Of a stretch of DNA of 64,000 bases, positions 46,655 to 57,800 are shown one piece after another. Origin of the DNA: a virus (lineage: Duplodnaviria; Caudoviricetes); IMG/VR virus record IMGVR_UViG_3300023218_000003, positions 1-64,000 of that record. One strand, written 5' to 3'. The notes under the pieces are model-generated. The model ran no database searches. It was not told the DNA's origin and was given only the letters and a program-made list of their open reading frames with translations. The position numbers and the translations under genes are program-made. The stretch's first letter is position 1. The number at the start of each line of letters is the position of its first letter.

Positions 46655-47341
46655 ATGGCGAAGAAATACGCAGACAAAGAAACTGAACGCGCAGTCGAAG
46701 AAGAAGACGCGAAGCTTGATCAGACTTCGAACAAGCTTGGGCTTTTCGCAGACGTCGACGATGATGGTGAAGAAGTGATCGACGACGAACGCGAACGCGG
46801 AACAGAACGCGACATGCTGGGAGTCGCAGTCAAGGTGCATCGATTCAAGATTCGCCCGCTGACTCTGTCCGCGTTCGCGTTGCTGCGACAGATCGACAGC
46901 GCGTTTCTGACGTTCACGCCGATTCTGTCGAACGACGATCGCGATGCGCTTCTTGAACTTGCAGAGAAGCCGAAGCGCAGCGACGTCGAAGAAAAGCGAT
47001 ACATGAAGCTGATCGCGATGGCGAAAGCTGAAAGCGAAATGATTCAGAATCCATACTTGGAGACGCTGAAGTTCATGGCGCTGATGACTGTCGAAGTCGA
47101 CGAAGAAGAAGCTGAAGACTTGGCATTCGCAGACGACAACGGGCGCGCACTGCGTCGCGCTGCTTTCGAATTCGGCGAACAGATCGAAGCAAACGAAATG
47201 GACGATCTGACGACTGCGATCGGCATTGCAGTCGGAGAAGCGCAACAGTCGAAAGTCGTGCCTACTAAAAAAAAGGGTCCGCGTCACACAGCAGTGAAGA
47301 AAAAGGCAACGCGTTCGCGCCGACGTTCATTGCGCAAATAG
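46655..47341 (+). CDS. Tail assembly chaperone (G-like)
   Basis: Acidic protein upstream of tape measure with slippery AAAAAAG at 47269-47275. Confidence 0.75.
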   Translation: MAKKYADKETERAVEEEDAKLDQTSNKLGLFADVDDDGEEVIDDERERGTERDMLGVAVKVHRFKIRPLTLSAFALLRQIDSAFLTFTPILSNDDRDALLELAEKPKRSDVEEKRYMKLIAMAKAESEMIQNPYLETLKFMALMTVEVDEEEAEDLAFADDNGRALRRAAFEFGEQIEANEMDDLTTAIGIAVGEAQQSKVVPTKKKGPRHTAVKKKATRSRRRSLRK

Positions 47342-47553
47342 TCTGCATCGTCTGTGAAATGGCGAACTGTGATCTGACGACTGCATTCAAACGCTACCCC
47401 GCAAGACTTTGTTTCGAACTTGAAAATTGCTACTACAGGAAAAACGACATAGCTTGTGATCGATGGGAATCTTTTGACGGAATGGGATCAGCAGCAGATC
47501 GCGAAGTGATGACGCTGCTGAAGTCGCTTGAAGAAGACGACGAAGAATTCTGA
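47269..47553 (+). CDS. -1 frameshift extension of tail chaperone (GT-like)
   Basis: -1 frame open from the A8-GGG tract to TGA 47551-47553 (..AFAPTFIAQIVCIVCEMANC..EEDDEEF). Confidence 0.7.
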   Translation, partial: KKGSASHSSEEKGNAFAPTFIAQIVCIVCEMANCDLTTAFKRYPARLCFELENCYYRKNDIACDRWESFDGMGSAADREVMTLLKSLEEDDEEF

Positions 47554-47565
47554 CCCGTTGAAAGA

Positions 47566-49782
47566 ATGGCAAATAGTGCAGATGTATCAATCAACCTGAT
47601 CGCGAATGCGTCGCGCTTTCAAAGCGGGATGCGAACGGGTCAGAATTCATTGCGCGGCTTCAACAACGAAGCGACGCGCACGAATCGTGTCGCGACAGCA
47701 GCGCGCGGCGGCATGTCGAAGATGATCGCGACTGTCGGTCGACTCGCTGCTGCATACATCGGAGTCACAGCAGCAGTGCGCGGCTTCACTGCATCAGCAA
47801 AGACATTCGCTGGACTCGAATTCGCGATGGCACGTGTCGAAGCGCTGACGTTCGCTTCTGCTGACGCAATGGCTGCGATGGAGTCTGAAGCGCGTCGACT
47901 TGGCGCGACGACGATGTTCAGTGCTGCTGAAGCTGCTGAAGGTCTTGCGTTCTTGTCGCAGGCGGGCTTCACAGCAGAACAGTCGATCGCTTCGCTTGAA
48001 GACACGCTGAATCTTGCCGCTGCTGGCAACATTTCACTTGGCGAATCAGCAGACATCGCGACGAACATCATGTCGGGATTCAGTCTTGCTGCTGAAGAAG
48101 CAGGGCGCGTCGCTGACGTGCTTGCGCTGATTCAAGCGCGCGCGAACACGAATGTTCAAGGCATGGGTGAAGCGATGAAGTTCGTCGCGCCGTTCGCGTC
48201 TGCACTCGGCATCAGTCTTGAAGAAGCATCTGCTGCTGTCGGTGTCTTGGCGAACAACGGCATCAAAGCAGGTCTTGCGGGTCGCGGTCTTGCCGCAGTG
48301 CTTGGGCTGATGATCAACCCGAACGAAAAAGCCGCTGCTGCGCTTGAAGCAGTCGGCATGTCTGCGTCTGACATCAACCCTGACATCGTCGGTCTTGAAA
48401 CTGCGCTTTCGAATCTGTCGAAGTTCGACCCGCAGATTCTTGCGCAGATGTTCGGCGCAGCGAACTTCGACGTCGTCGCTTCTCTGATCAAGGGCGTCGC
48501 GAACGGCTCGCTTCCCGAACTGACAGCGTCGCTTGAAGACGCAGAAGGCACAGCAGAGAAGTCAGCAGCGACGATGTCAGACACGCTGATCGGTTCGTGG
48601 CGCGAACTGAAGTCTGCGATTCAAGAACTGATCATCGGCACGGGCGACACAGGTCTTGGCGAATTCTTTCGCGGGATGCTAGTCAACATCACTGAAGGCG
48701 TGCGCGTTCTTCAGTTCGTCGTCGGCGTCGTGCGCAACGCGCTTGTGAACGGCGACATCGGCAGAGCATTCGGCATCAGCTTGCAGATCGCGGGCATCAA
48801 CTTCTTGAATTCGCTTGCGCGCATCGGTTCATTCATCAGCGGTCTTGTGCTGTCGGGACTCGCGCCTGTCATCGGCGTCTTCGCTGGACTCGGCTACACG
48901 ATTCAAGACACAGTCGTCAACGCGTTCAAACTTGCTGGCAACTTCTTGTTCGAAAAAGCGACTGCTGCTGCACTGACAGTGCTTGAAGCAGTGAACAAGA
49001 TTCCCGGCGTCGATCTGTCGAGCATGATCAAGACTGTCGACGAAATGAACAAGATGGCGCAAGCGGGCATGACTGAAGCTTCGCACGTGTTGTCTGACGG
49101 CTTCATGTCGCGCATGAATGACAACATGACAGACGTCACTGATTCGCTTCTTGAAGCGGGCGCTGACATGATGGCGGGCAACGACGGATTCGGAAACGAC
49201 ATCGCGATCGATACGTCTGATCTTGAAGGTGAACTTGACGGCATCATCGAACGAAATTGGCCCGACGCTGTTGAAGAAGCGACGAAGAAAGGCGTCGACG
49301 AAGCGACGAAAGACGGCGGGCTTCCCGAACCCGAACTGACGCTTGATGAACTGAAGAAGAAAGAAGCAGAGAAGAAAGCCGCTGAAGAAGCAGAGAAGAA
49401 GCGCAAGCAAGAAGCAGAGAAGCGACAGCGTGAAGAAGAAGCTGCGATGAAGAAAGCGCAGCGTGAAGCTGAACGTGCTGCTGAACGTCGTGCGCAACGT
49501 GAACAGCGACTTCGCGAGTCGACGAAAGTCGATCAGTTTCGATCTGTCGGCGGCGGTGGCGCTGCATTCAACGTCGGCGCATTCTTGGGACTCGGCACGC
49601 GCGACGGCATCACAGCGCTTGGCGCAGGCGCAGGCGGGCCGCTTGGCGCTGCACGTGTCGGCGGTCAGCGTGAAATCACTGTGCTGAACGACATCAAAGC
49701 ACTGCTTCAGCAGATTCGTGATCGAATCAATCCGTCGACTGGCGCGACGGGCACGGGGCTTCAACTTTCAATCGAAGAATAA
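47566..49782 (+). CDS. Tape measure protein (TP901 family core)
   Basis: FAMARVEAL..FSAAEAAEGLAFLSQAGF..ADVLA..NTNV; Ala/Gly-rich. Confidence 0.9.
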   Translation: MANSADVSINLIANASRFQSGMRTGQNSLRGFNNEATRTNRVATAARGGMSKMIATVGRLAAAYIGVTAAVRGFTASAKTFAGLEFAMARVEALTFASADAMAAMESEARRLGATTMFSAAEAAEGLAFLSQAGFTAEQSIASLEDTLNLAAAGNISLGESADIATNIMSGFSLAAEEAGRVADVLALIQARANTNVQGMGEAMKFVAPFASALGISLEEASAAVGVLANNGIKAGLAGRGLAAVLGLMINPNEKAAAALEAVGMSASDINPDIVGLETALSNLSKFDPQILAQMFGAANFDVVASLIKGVANGSLPELTASLEDAEGTAEKSAATMSDTLIGSWRELKSAIQELIIGTGDTGLGEFFRGMLVNITEGVRVLQFVVGVVRNALVNGDIGRAFGISLQIAGINFLNSLARIGSFISGLVLSGLAPVIGVFAGLGYTIQDTVVNAFKLAGNFLFEKATAAALTVLEAVNKIPGVDLSSMIKTVDEMNKMAQAGMTEASHVLSDGFMSRMNDNMTDVTDSLLEAGADMMAGNDGFGNDIAIDTSDLEGELDGIIERNWPDAVEEATKKGVDEATKDGGLPEPELTLDELKKKEAEKKAAEEAEKKRKQEAEKRQREEEAAMKKAQREAERAAERRAQREQRLRESTKVDQFRSVGGGGAAFNVGAFLGLGTRDGITALGAGAGGPLGAARVGGQREITVLNDIKALLQQIRDRINPSTGATGTGLQLSIEE

Positions 49783-49788
49783 AACATC

Positions 49789-50478
49789 ATGGCACAAGTC
49801 GAATGGAACGGATCGATCAGCGAAGAAGCGCCGCAGTATGACATCGAACTTGATGAATTCGGTGTCGGCAGTTCGACGCTGTATCGTCAGTATGAATGGG
49901 ACTCCGCGTCTGCGATCGCAATCAAGATCGACAGAATGGAGACGCACCCTGACTTCCCGTGGTTGAAGCGCAAGTCAGCGCGCATCAGTCGACAAGAAGC
50001 GAAGTTCGTCACAGCGCAGATCAGCTTCGTCGGCATCCCGCCCGACACTGACAAGAAGACATATCGAATGACTGCGTCGCTAGGCAGTGCGCCAGTCGAA
50101 ACGCACCCGCGCTTTCAAGAATTGATCGAAGAAGGGCTTGTGTCGTTCGACCCCGAAGAAGGCACACTTGTCTGGTCGCAGACTGACAAGAAAGGTGAAG
50201 AAAACAAACTGTTCGGCACTGAATCGTGGCTTCAGCCGACGCTTGTCTACGAAGAAACGTGGGTTCGCGGCAGCAGGGGAAGCAGCAAAGACTTCAGAAA
50301 GATCGGACTGATCGAAACGCCGCCGAAGTCTGACGCGCGACCGCAGACGCCTGACGGCACGAACTTCTTGTTCATTGGCGGCAACATCGAAATCATCGGT
50401 CTCGGTTCGAAGATGACGCGTCGATGGAAGCTGTCTTCTGGCGGGCCGTGGTCAGAGAAACTATACAAGAAGCGTTGA
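49789..50478 (+). CDS. Distal tail/hub-type protein
   Basis: Follows tape measure; repeated ETHP motif. Confidence 0.55.
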   Translation: MAQVEWNGSISEEAPQYDIELDEFGVGSSTLYRQYEWDSASAIAIKIDRMETHPDFPWLKRKSARISRQEAKFVTAQISFVGIPPDTDKKTYRMTASLGSAPVETHPRFQELIEEGLVSFDPEEGTLVWSQTDKKGEENKLFGTESWLQPTLVYEETWVRGSRGSSKDFRKIGLIETPPKSDARPQTPDGTNFLFIGGNIEIIGLGSKMTRRWKLSSGGPWSEKLYKKR

Positions 50479-50494
50479 AACAGTTTTCAAATCG

Positions 50495-51088
50495 ATGGCA
50501 AGAATTCGATGCAACGACAAGCAGCTTGAACAAGTTCTGAACTATATTCTTGCGAAAGCTGAAGGCAGAAAAGCGCCAGAAATTAGCGTCGGCAAGGGCA
50601 TGTTCGCCCCGCACATCGACGATGATCATGTCGTGATCGAATCGCGTGGCGGCGGTCGTGGCGGTGGCGCGTGTCGCAAGTGGTCGATCACTGTCAGCAC
50701 GAAAGACGGCGGCGCTGTCGCGACGCTGAACAGCGGCACGATCAACGGCATCGCTGCGTCGAATCAGGGCGAAGAAGTCAGCTTCAGCAAGAACGCTGCT
50801 GCGATCTACTTCGTCGCAAGCGTAGTCGCGAATACGGGAAGCACAGTGTCGTGGGAATTCTCTGCTGAAACTTCGCAGCCCGAACAGACAGTCAGTGAAG
50901 GTCAGCCGTCTGACTTTCAGTTCACTGTCGCGACGCTGATCGGAGGCGTGCTGAAGACTTCGTTCTGCGGCAACGTCACAGCGACATCGTCGCAAGCATT
51001 CACGACTTCGAAGAACAACCCGAAGCCGGGTGAAGAACCGTTCGTGCGTCACTTCACGTGGCAAGTATCTGACGATGGTGTCTGCTGA
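50495..51088 (+). CDS. Minor tail protein
   Basis: Tail module position, beta-rich composition. Confidence 0.5.
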   Translation: MARIRCNDKQLEQVLNYILAKAEGRKAPEISVGKGMFAPHIDDDHVVIESRGGGRGGGACRKWSITVSTKDGGAVATLNSGTINGIAASNQGEEVSFSKNAAAIYFVASVVANTGSTVSWEFSAETSQPEQTVSEGQPSDFQFTVATLIGGVLKTSFCGNVTATSSQAFTTSKNNPKPGEEPFVRHFTWQVSDDGVC

Positions 51089-51090
51089 TC

Positions 51091-53547
51091 ATGGGCTTGT
51101 CGTTCATCACTCCCGACAAAGGCGTGCAATATGTGCCGCTTCAGATCAGTTCGTCGTCGATTTCATCATCGTCTGTGACTGGCGGCGGAACGACTGAAGT
51201 CGGGCTGACGACTTCATTCGTGAACGAAGGAGAGAATGCAACGACGTCGACGAATTCGACAAGTGACGGAACAACATCACAGACACAGGCAGCATACACC
51301 GAAAACAAGTTCGTTCGAAACGCAAGCAGCACAGGTCTGACTGACTTCGCTTCTTTCACGCAAGAAGGATCATATGAATTTTCTTGGGAGTCATCATCGA
51401 CTGACAGAGACAGTGACGGAAACGGCGGCAGCGCTTCAGTCAGTGCGTCTGGCGCATCGGCATTCACGTCGTCGTCTTCGCGCGGCTTCACTGATCAAAC
51501 AATCGTGAACGGGTCGCAGATAGAAATCAAAGCGACGACACAGCAAGACGGAACGTCGTCGACTTTTTCAACAACGATTGAATGGGTGAAGACTGTCGTT
51601 GAATACGACGCTGTCGGTCGCGGCGCTACAGTCGCAGGATCGAAAACTACGACAGCAGAAACGCAGTCATTCGCTTCGAAGCTTACGACAGGCGAAGTGC
51701 TGACATCTTCGACAACGAACGCGGGAACAGGCGTGTCTACCGCAAGCACGACGACGACATCGACGAACTTCATCGCTTCATGGCTTTCGACGAACAGATC
51801 GAAACTGACAACGACAGCGCCGTTCACAGAACGCGCAAGCATCACTGTGTCTGAATCTGTAGGTTCATTCACTGTCGATGGATCAAAAGCTGTTGCAGAT
51901 CGATCGATTCGGATTGCGACGAACGCTGACTTCTATCCGATTGGCATCGTGCGTGAAATTGAAGGCGGTGGCGTTGACATTCTGTTCGATGATGATCGCG
52001 AAATCAGATCATACAGTCGATCTGACAAAGCAGTCAGCTTCGTGAACGGCGATAGAACATACAAACCGAAGACACGCGAAGATGATCAGAATGTCACGTT
52101 CATTACTGTGAACGCATCAGAAGCGACGAAGACGCGCGAAGTCACGATCACGGGAAATCCGGCACACAATTCAAGCGAATCGAAGTATGATGCTATCGGG
52201 ACAGAACAACGCACGTTCTGCGAAGGCAGCACGACGGGAACGTATGCGCACAGAATCACTTCGACCGCTTCGATCGAAGAAAGCGACGAAGACACGTATC
52301 TGTCGACTGTGACTGATGCGCTGACGACAGAATCGACTGTGACGACGAACTTGATTTCGACCGCAAAAACGACGGTGAATATCAATCATCCCGAAGTCGA
52401 CGCGTCTTCTATCTTCACGACTTCAACTGTCAACACGTCGACGAATTCTTCGACGACAGTCACTGTGCTGTCGAACAACGGCGCTGTCATCGTCGGTGAT
52501 GCATCAACAGACACAGAAACGCAGATCGAAAACGGCGCGACATCGATCACGCAGGGCGGCGGCTACACTTTCGGTAATGATTCGAATCGTGCAGAACTGA
52601 AAGTTCAGCGACCGTATTACGAAGGCGGCGTTTTGATTCTCGGCAATCAAAGCATGACGATGAACTACACGCGCACAGTCGCAGGCTATGCGCCGTTCAA
52701 CATGCCGAAAGATGCAGAACGACCGAACCCGTTCTTGGGCTTCACGACTTCGCTTGTGTCGTCTGAAGGCTTCGCTTCGTGGTCGTATCGATCAGACGGC
52801 GCGATTCAGCACTTCAACAGAATCACGAATCTTGATGACACGCCCTGTCGCACGATCAGTGAAACATTCACGCACAGCGACGTCACGTTCGCACAGACGA
52901 TCACTGATTCAGACAACATTCAGTTCTTCGATCGAACTGTGACGCGCGTCGATGATCTTGAAGTCGTCGAATCAGTGATTGAAGCATCGACAGGCACGAA
53001 GACATTCACGACGACGAATTCGAACGGTGACGAAGTCGAGTCGTCGACAACAACAGGGAACGGGCACAGCGTTCCTGCTACGACGACGACTTCAGCACTT
53101 GTGACGATGTCGCGCACGTGGACGACTGGCTTCATGACTGATGATGCGAACACAGCAGCGAACGCGACAGCACGTTCGCTGACGTATCGCGGCAAACACG
53201 GCAACAAGGGAACGATCGTCGTCGAACTATGCAACAGCATTCAGCACACGACGTTTGAATCAACTGCCAGACTGGGAATCTTTCGCGGCCCGATCGAAGT
53301 CACTGTGCGCGCACCGTATCACTTCAGCGTGACGATGCGTGATTCGAAGTCGACAACACTGACAGAATATTCGAACGGTGATCGCAACGCTGACAAGAAA
53401 ACAGAAGCACTTCAGCTTGATCGTGATGTCGAATACAGCATCAGCGCGAACAGTCTTGTCGGCCCGAATGTCGGTGGACCGTCACAAGTCGACGCTGCAA
53501 CGTATGATTTCGAAGGCTATCAGGTGTTGAAAGTCGACACAGACTGA
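51091..53547 (+). CDS. Ser/Thr-rich (mucin-like) virion protein
   Basis: About one third Ser+Thr by eye, with long S/T runs; very few Cys/Trp. Confidence 0.7.
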   Translation: MGLSFITPDKGVQYVPLQISSSSISSSSVTGGGTTEVGLTTSFVNEGENATTSTNSTSDGTTSQTQAAYTENKFVRNASSTGLTDFASFTQEGSYEFSWESSSTDRDSDGNGGSASVSASGASAFTSSSSRGFTDQTIVNGSQIEIKATTQQDGTSSTFSTTIEWVKTVVEYDAVGRGATVAGSKTTTAETQSFASKLTTGEVLTSSTTNAGTGVSTASTTTTSTNFIASWLSTNRSKLTTTAPFTERASITVSESVGSFTVDGSKAVADRSIRIATNADFYPIGIVREIEGGGVDILFDDDREIRSYSRSDKAVSFVNGDRTYKPKTREDDQNVTFITVNASEATKTREVTITGNPAHNSSESKYDAIGTEQRTFCEGSTTGTYAHRITSTASIEESDEDTYLSTVTDALTTESTVTTNLISTAKTTVNINHPEVDASSIFTTSTVNTSTNSSTTVTVLSNNGAVIVGDASTDTETQIENGATSITQGGGYTFGNDSNRAELKVQRPYYEGGVLILGNQSMTMNYTRTVAGYAPFNMPKDAERPNPFLGFTTSLVSSEGFASWSYRSDGAIQHFNRITNLDDTPCRTISETFTHSDVTFAQTITDSDNIQFFDRTVTRVDDLEVVESVIEASTGTKTFTTTNSNGDEVESSTTTGNGHSVPATTTTSALVTMSRTWTTGFMTDDANTAANATARSLTYRGKHGNKGTIVVELCNSIQHTTFESTARLGIFRGPIEVTVRAPYHFSVTMRDSKSTTLTEYSNGDRNADKKTEALQLDRDVEYSISANSLVGPNVGGPSQVDAATYDFEGYQVLKVDTD

Positions 53548-53561
53548 TCGATCGTTCTTGC

Positions 53562-54749
53562 ATGGCAACGACACAGAAGAAGCGCGTCGCGATCGTGACG
53601 TGTGCGACGAAATCCTACGTCTACGCGATCGACGCATTCATGCGCGCAGTTTCGCGCAACATCTATCACTTGCAGAAACATCGACCGAACGAATACGAAA
53701 TCAGACTGATCTTCGTCGGTGATGAAGAAGCATGGAGACACACGCGAGAAATCACGCAGCACTTGTTCGACGGCGACGGCAAAGACTGGGACAGAATCTG
53801 TGACGTGCAGCACTTCGTCGGCAACTGGACTGAAGGCGAGAACTACAAGCATCACGCACAGCACACGATCGCACAGATGCGCACGAAGACGTTCGAACTG
53901 TCGCGCAGATGGAACGCTGACTTCTGCTGGTCACTCGACAGTGACGTGCTACCGCCCGACAACGCGCTGCTGTGTTCACTTCAGATGCTTGACTTCGATG
54001 GCGGCTACTATTCGATCGCGTGCTGTCCCTACCCGTCGCAAGGGGGCGGGTCGTTTCTGACGGGTCGCGGCACTCGCTTCAACACGATCTTGCCCGACTT
54101 CGATTTCGAAGAACGTGACGTGTCTGAAGACATCGCGAAAGAATGGGCTGAACTGTGCGCTGAAGTCGATGCTGATCCCGAGAATGTCGAACTTGCGCGC
54201 AAGCGTCACGACATGATGAAGCAGATCGAACAGACGTGCCCGCCGAAGTATGGCGGCAACATCTGGAAGCTGAACGCTGAACACGGCTGGCGTCGTCGCG
54301 GCTGGTTCGACTTCGCGTATCCCGCGATCGGTCGCGGCGCTGTCGTGCCGACTGACTGGTGCGGATTCGGCGCGACACTGATGAACGCTGATGCACTGTC
54401 AGTCGCAGACTTCACGGGCTACGACGGCAACGGCACTGAAGACTTGTTCGTCGTCTGGAAGCGCTGGTTCCCGCGCGATCTGAAACTGTGTTCTATCCCG
54501 CATTGCCCGTGCGATCACGTCGTTCGCACTGGCGGCGACAAGCGCAAGATCGTTCACGTTCACGCGTATCACGAAGAACACGAAGAAACGAAAGATCATC
54601 TGCGTCGCGAGAATCGCCCGTTCTATCAGCACACTGTCGGCGAAGAACACGACGACGCGAATGACGGCGTGCCCGCGATCGCTGAAAATGATCAGCAGCA
54701 AGTCGAGTCGCCGACGCAGCAGAAGAAGCGTCGACGCAAGCTGAAGTGA
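53562..54749 (+). CDS. GT-A fold (family 2-like) glycosyltransferase
   Basis: FCWSLDSDV DxD motif, DWCGFGATLM, GTEDLF, CDHV. Confidence 0.75.
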   Translation: MATTQKKRVAIVTCATKSYVYAIDAFMRAVSRNIYHLQKHRPNEYEIRLIFVGDEEAWRHTREITQHLFDGDGKDWDRICDVQHFVGNWTEGENYKHHAQHTIAQMRTKTFELSRRWNADFCWSLDSDVLPPDNALLCSLQMLDFDGGYYSIACCPYPSQGGGSFLTGRGTRFNTILPDFDFEERDVSEDIAKEWAELCAEVDADPENVELARKRHDMMKQIEQTCPPKYGGNIWKLNAEHGWRRRGWFDFAYPAIGRGAVVPTDWCGFGATLMNADALSVADFTGYDGNGTEDLFVVWKRWFPRDLKLCSIPHCPCDHVVRTGGDKRKIVHVHAYHEEHEETKDHLRRENRPFYQHTVGEEHDDANDGVPAIAENDQQQVESPTQQKKRRRKLK

Positions 54750-54758
54750 CGCTGTTTG

Positions 54759-54796
54759 TTTGTTTGTCAAAAAACTGCGACGATTTAACAAACAAA
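54759..54796. promoter_or_regulatory. 13-bp imperfect inverted repeat with 12-nt spacer in AT-rich intergenic region
   Basis: TTTGTTTGTCAAA-N12-TTTAACAAACAAA. Confidence 0.6.
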
Positions 54797-54882
54797 TCTT
54801 TTTTAACATAATCCACTTGACGCGCTTTTTTCGTGTCAACAGATCGCTGGACATCGCGCGAAAAACGACGCAGACTGATCGC

Positions 54883-57800
54883 ATGTCCCGCAGAATGATT
54901 GTCTACGTCGACGGCACTGAAAGACGCGTCGTCGAATCGCCGTTCACGCGAAGCACTGGTCAGATTCCCGACATGTTCACGGGAGAGAAGATCACGCTTG
55001 ATGTCGTGCCGCTTCGTGAAGTTGAAAAAGGCAGCGCGACTGCATACGAAATCGATGACAGCTACAACAGCGACACGTTCAAAGTCGGCGTCGGCGTCGT
55101 CGATGTTCCGCCGTCTTCGGGCAGCTACAAGATCACATACAAGACCGACACGACGATCGCGCTGGACTACGATTCGACAGCGCAGCAGATTCAAGACGCG
55201 CTGAACGATGCGTCGATGACTGATCTGCTGGCTGATTCGCCGAACGGCGTCAGCGTCACGGGCAATTTCGAAACTGGCTATCGCATCACGTGGGATTCGA
55301 CGGGCGCAGTCGACGACTTCGGCAGTGACGAAGTGAATCTGCTTCCCGAATCTGTCGTCGCATTCACGACTGAACGCGAAGGCGACACGGGCATCAGCGA
55401 AGTCGTCATGCTTCGACTGATGAAGAAGCAAGCGGGACTGACGACTTCTGCTTCTTCGATTCCTACCGGCAGCATGTCTGTCAGTCAGATCACTGCGGGT
55501 TCGCGCAAGACTCGCGAAATTTTCGACATCACTGCTGTCGCTGACACTGCGCCTGTTGCGCAGCGAGAAGAAGCACGTGCAGTCGCAGTCGGCGGCGCGT
55601 TTCACGTCGCGACGTTGACGACAGTCGCAGACAGCAGCGACAGTCTTGATGGGAAATATTTCGTGCTGTATGACGACGAAGGCAGCGTTGCCTTCTGGAT
55701 CGATACTGATAACAGCGGCACGACGATCCCGTCTGCTGCTGCGCTTCTTGATCGCAGCGTCGAAATCACGACGATCGAAACAGACGACAGCGACGGCGTC
55801 GTTGCAGACAAGATCGCGACTGCGATCAACAACGACAGCAAGTTCAGTGCGACGCATGACGGCAATGTCGTGATGATCACGTATTCGACGATCGGTGCGC
55901 ACGGCGCTGCTGCTGCTGGCACTTCTGGCTTCACTGCTGCGACTTCGACGACAGGCGCATCGACCGACAATTACGACGGCACGTATTTCTATCTGACGGC
56001 GCTGAACGCTGACGGCGAAGAAGAAGTTCACGCGTGGTATTTTTCGCAAGACGGCACGACTGACCCGCCGACTGCTGCGCTTGCACTCGACAGCGATCTG
56101 ACTGAAATCACATACGGCACGACTGACACTGCGCAAGAAATGGCATCGACGATCGCGACGTCGATCAATTCGAACGCGCTGTTCAGTGCAGTCGCAAGCG
56201 GCACTGAAATCCACATCACGCACGTCAACGCTGGCGACGTCAGCGACATGAACGAAGGCGATTCGCCGTTGACGAATCTGTCAGTCACTGAAAACGGCAG
56301 CGATTCTTCGCTGGACGGAAAGCACTTCATTGCATACGAAACTGACGGCGAAGGCGGCGAACAGTCGCGCGCATTCTGGTTCAACATCAGCGGCAACGCT
56401 TCCCCGTCAGGCACTGCACTGACTGCTGATCGCACGACTGAAATCACGACGATCAGCAGCGGCGCGAAAGCACACGAAGTCGCATCTGCTGTCGCATCTG
56501 CTGTCGATGCACTCGACACGTTCAGCGCAGTCGCGAAAGGCACGAAGATCAACATCGAATCGTCTGAAGGCTACGCATTCACTGACGCATCTGCTGAAAC
56601 GTCTGGCTTCACTGTCACGAAGATTCAAGACGGCGGCACGGGAAGCGACGCATCTGCACTTGTCGAAGTGACGTTCAGCGAACAGGCGATCGGCGGCGTC
56701 TACACACTTTCGATCGACACGGGCGGCGGCGCGCAGACGACTGCGGGCATTCCGTGGGACGCGACGCCCGAACAGATCGTCGCAGAACTTGAAGAACTAC
56801 CGAACGTCGCAGTCGATGACGTCACTGTCGAAGGCGCGCTTGGCGGCGATCTGCGTATCGGCTTCAGAAACAATCTTTCAGACACAGCAATCACAGTCAC
56901 TGTCGACGACGACGGCATCAAGTGGATCGAAGGCAAGCGATTCACGCTTGATCTGAACACGACGTCGGCTTTCTCGCTGCTTTACGGTCTGGACGAACTT
57001 GAATGCATTCTGGAAGTCGAAGCGACGCAGGGCAGCACATACACCGTCAAGCTTGTTCACGCGCAAGTCACACTGAAGAACGGTCTGATCGACTCGACTG
57101 CGTTGTCGCCGTCGCCGCAGCTTTCGTGGTATACGCAAGCAGAAGTCGATGCGCTAATCATTCATCACGAAAAGACGATCACGTCGCTGACTGGCGGCAC
57201 ATCGTCTGATCTTGACAGCATCGCAACGACTTCGCTGACGCCCGAACGCGCAGTGTTCTTCTACGACAACGACAACAGTGAATATGTGATCTATGTGCTG
57301 AAGTCGGGCACTGAAGCAGAGTCGTCGCCTGACATCATTCGACCTGACGACTTCGCTTCGTCGACGAATGAAAAATACTGGGAACGCGTCGACATTCAGC
57401 CGACAGTCATCACTGATCACGGCGAACTTGATGGTCTGACTGACGACGATCACACGCAGTATCTGCTTGTCGACGGCAGTCGCGCGGGAACAGGCGTTCA
57501 AGAATTGCTTGGTCTGAACTTCACTGACTTCGCAGTGAAGACTGTGTCGTCGGGCACTGTCACGCTGACACAGACGCTGACGATCATCGCAGCAGAGTCA
57601 GGCACGACTGACGACGTCGCGACGTTCAGTGCAGCGAAAGGGCACGGCGATCTTCTTGTCGTGCAAGCTGACAGCGGCGACACGATCACAATCAAGCACG
57701 GCACAGGCAACATCAGCACGACAAGCGGCGAAGACTTGACGCTGTCAGGCAGTGATCTGCTGATGTTTGTCTACGACGGCACGAACTGGTGCGAAATCGG

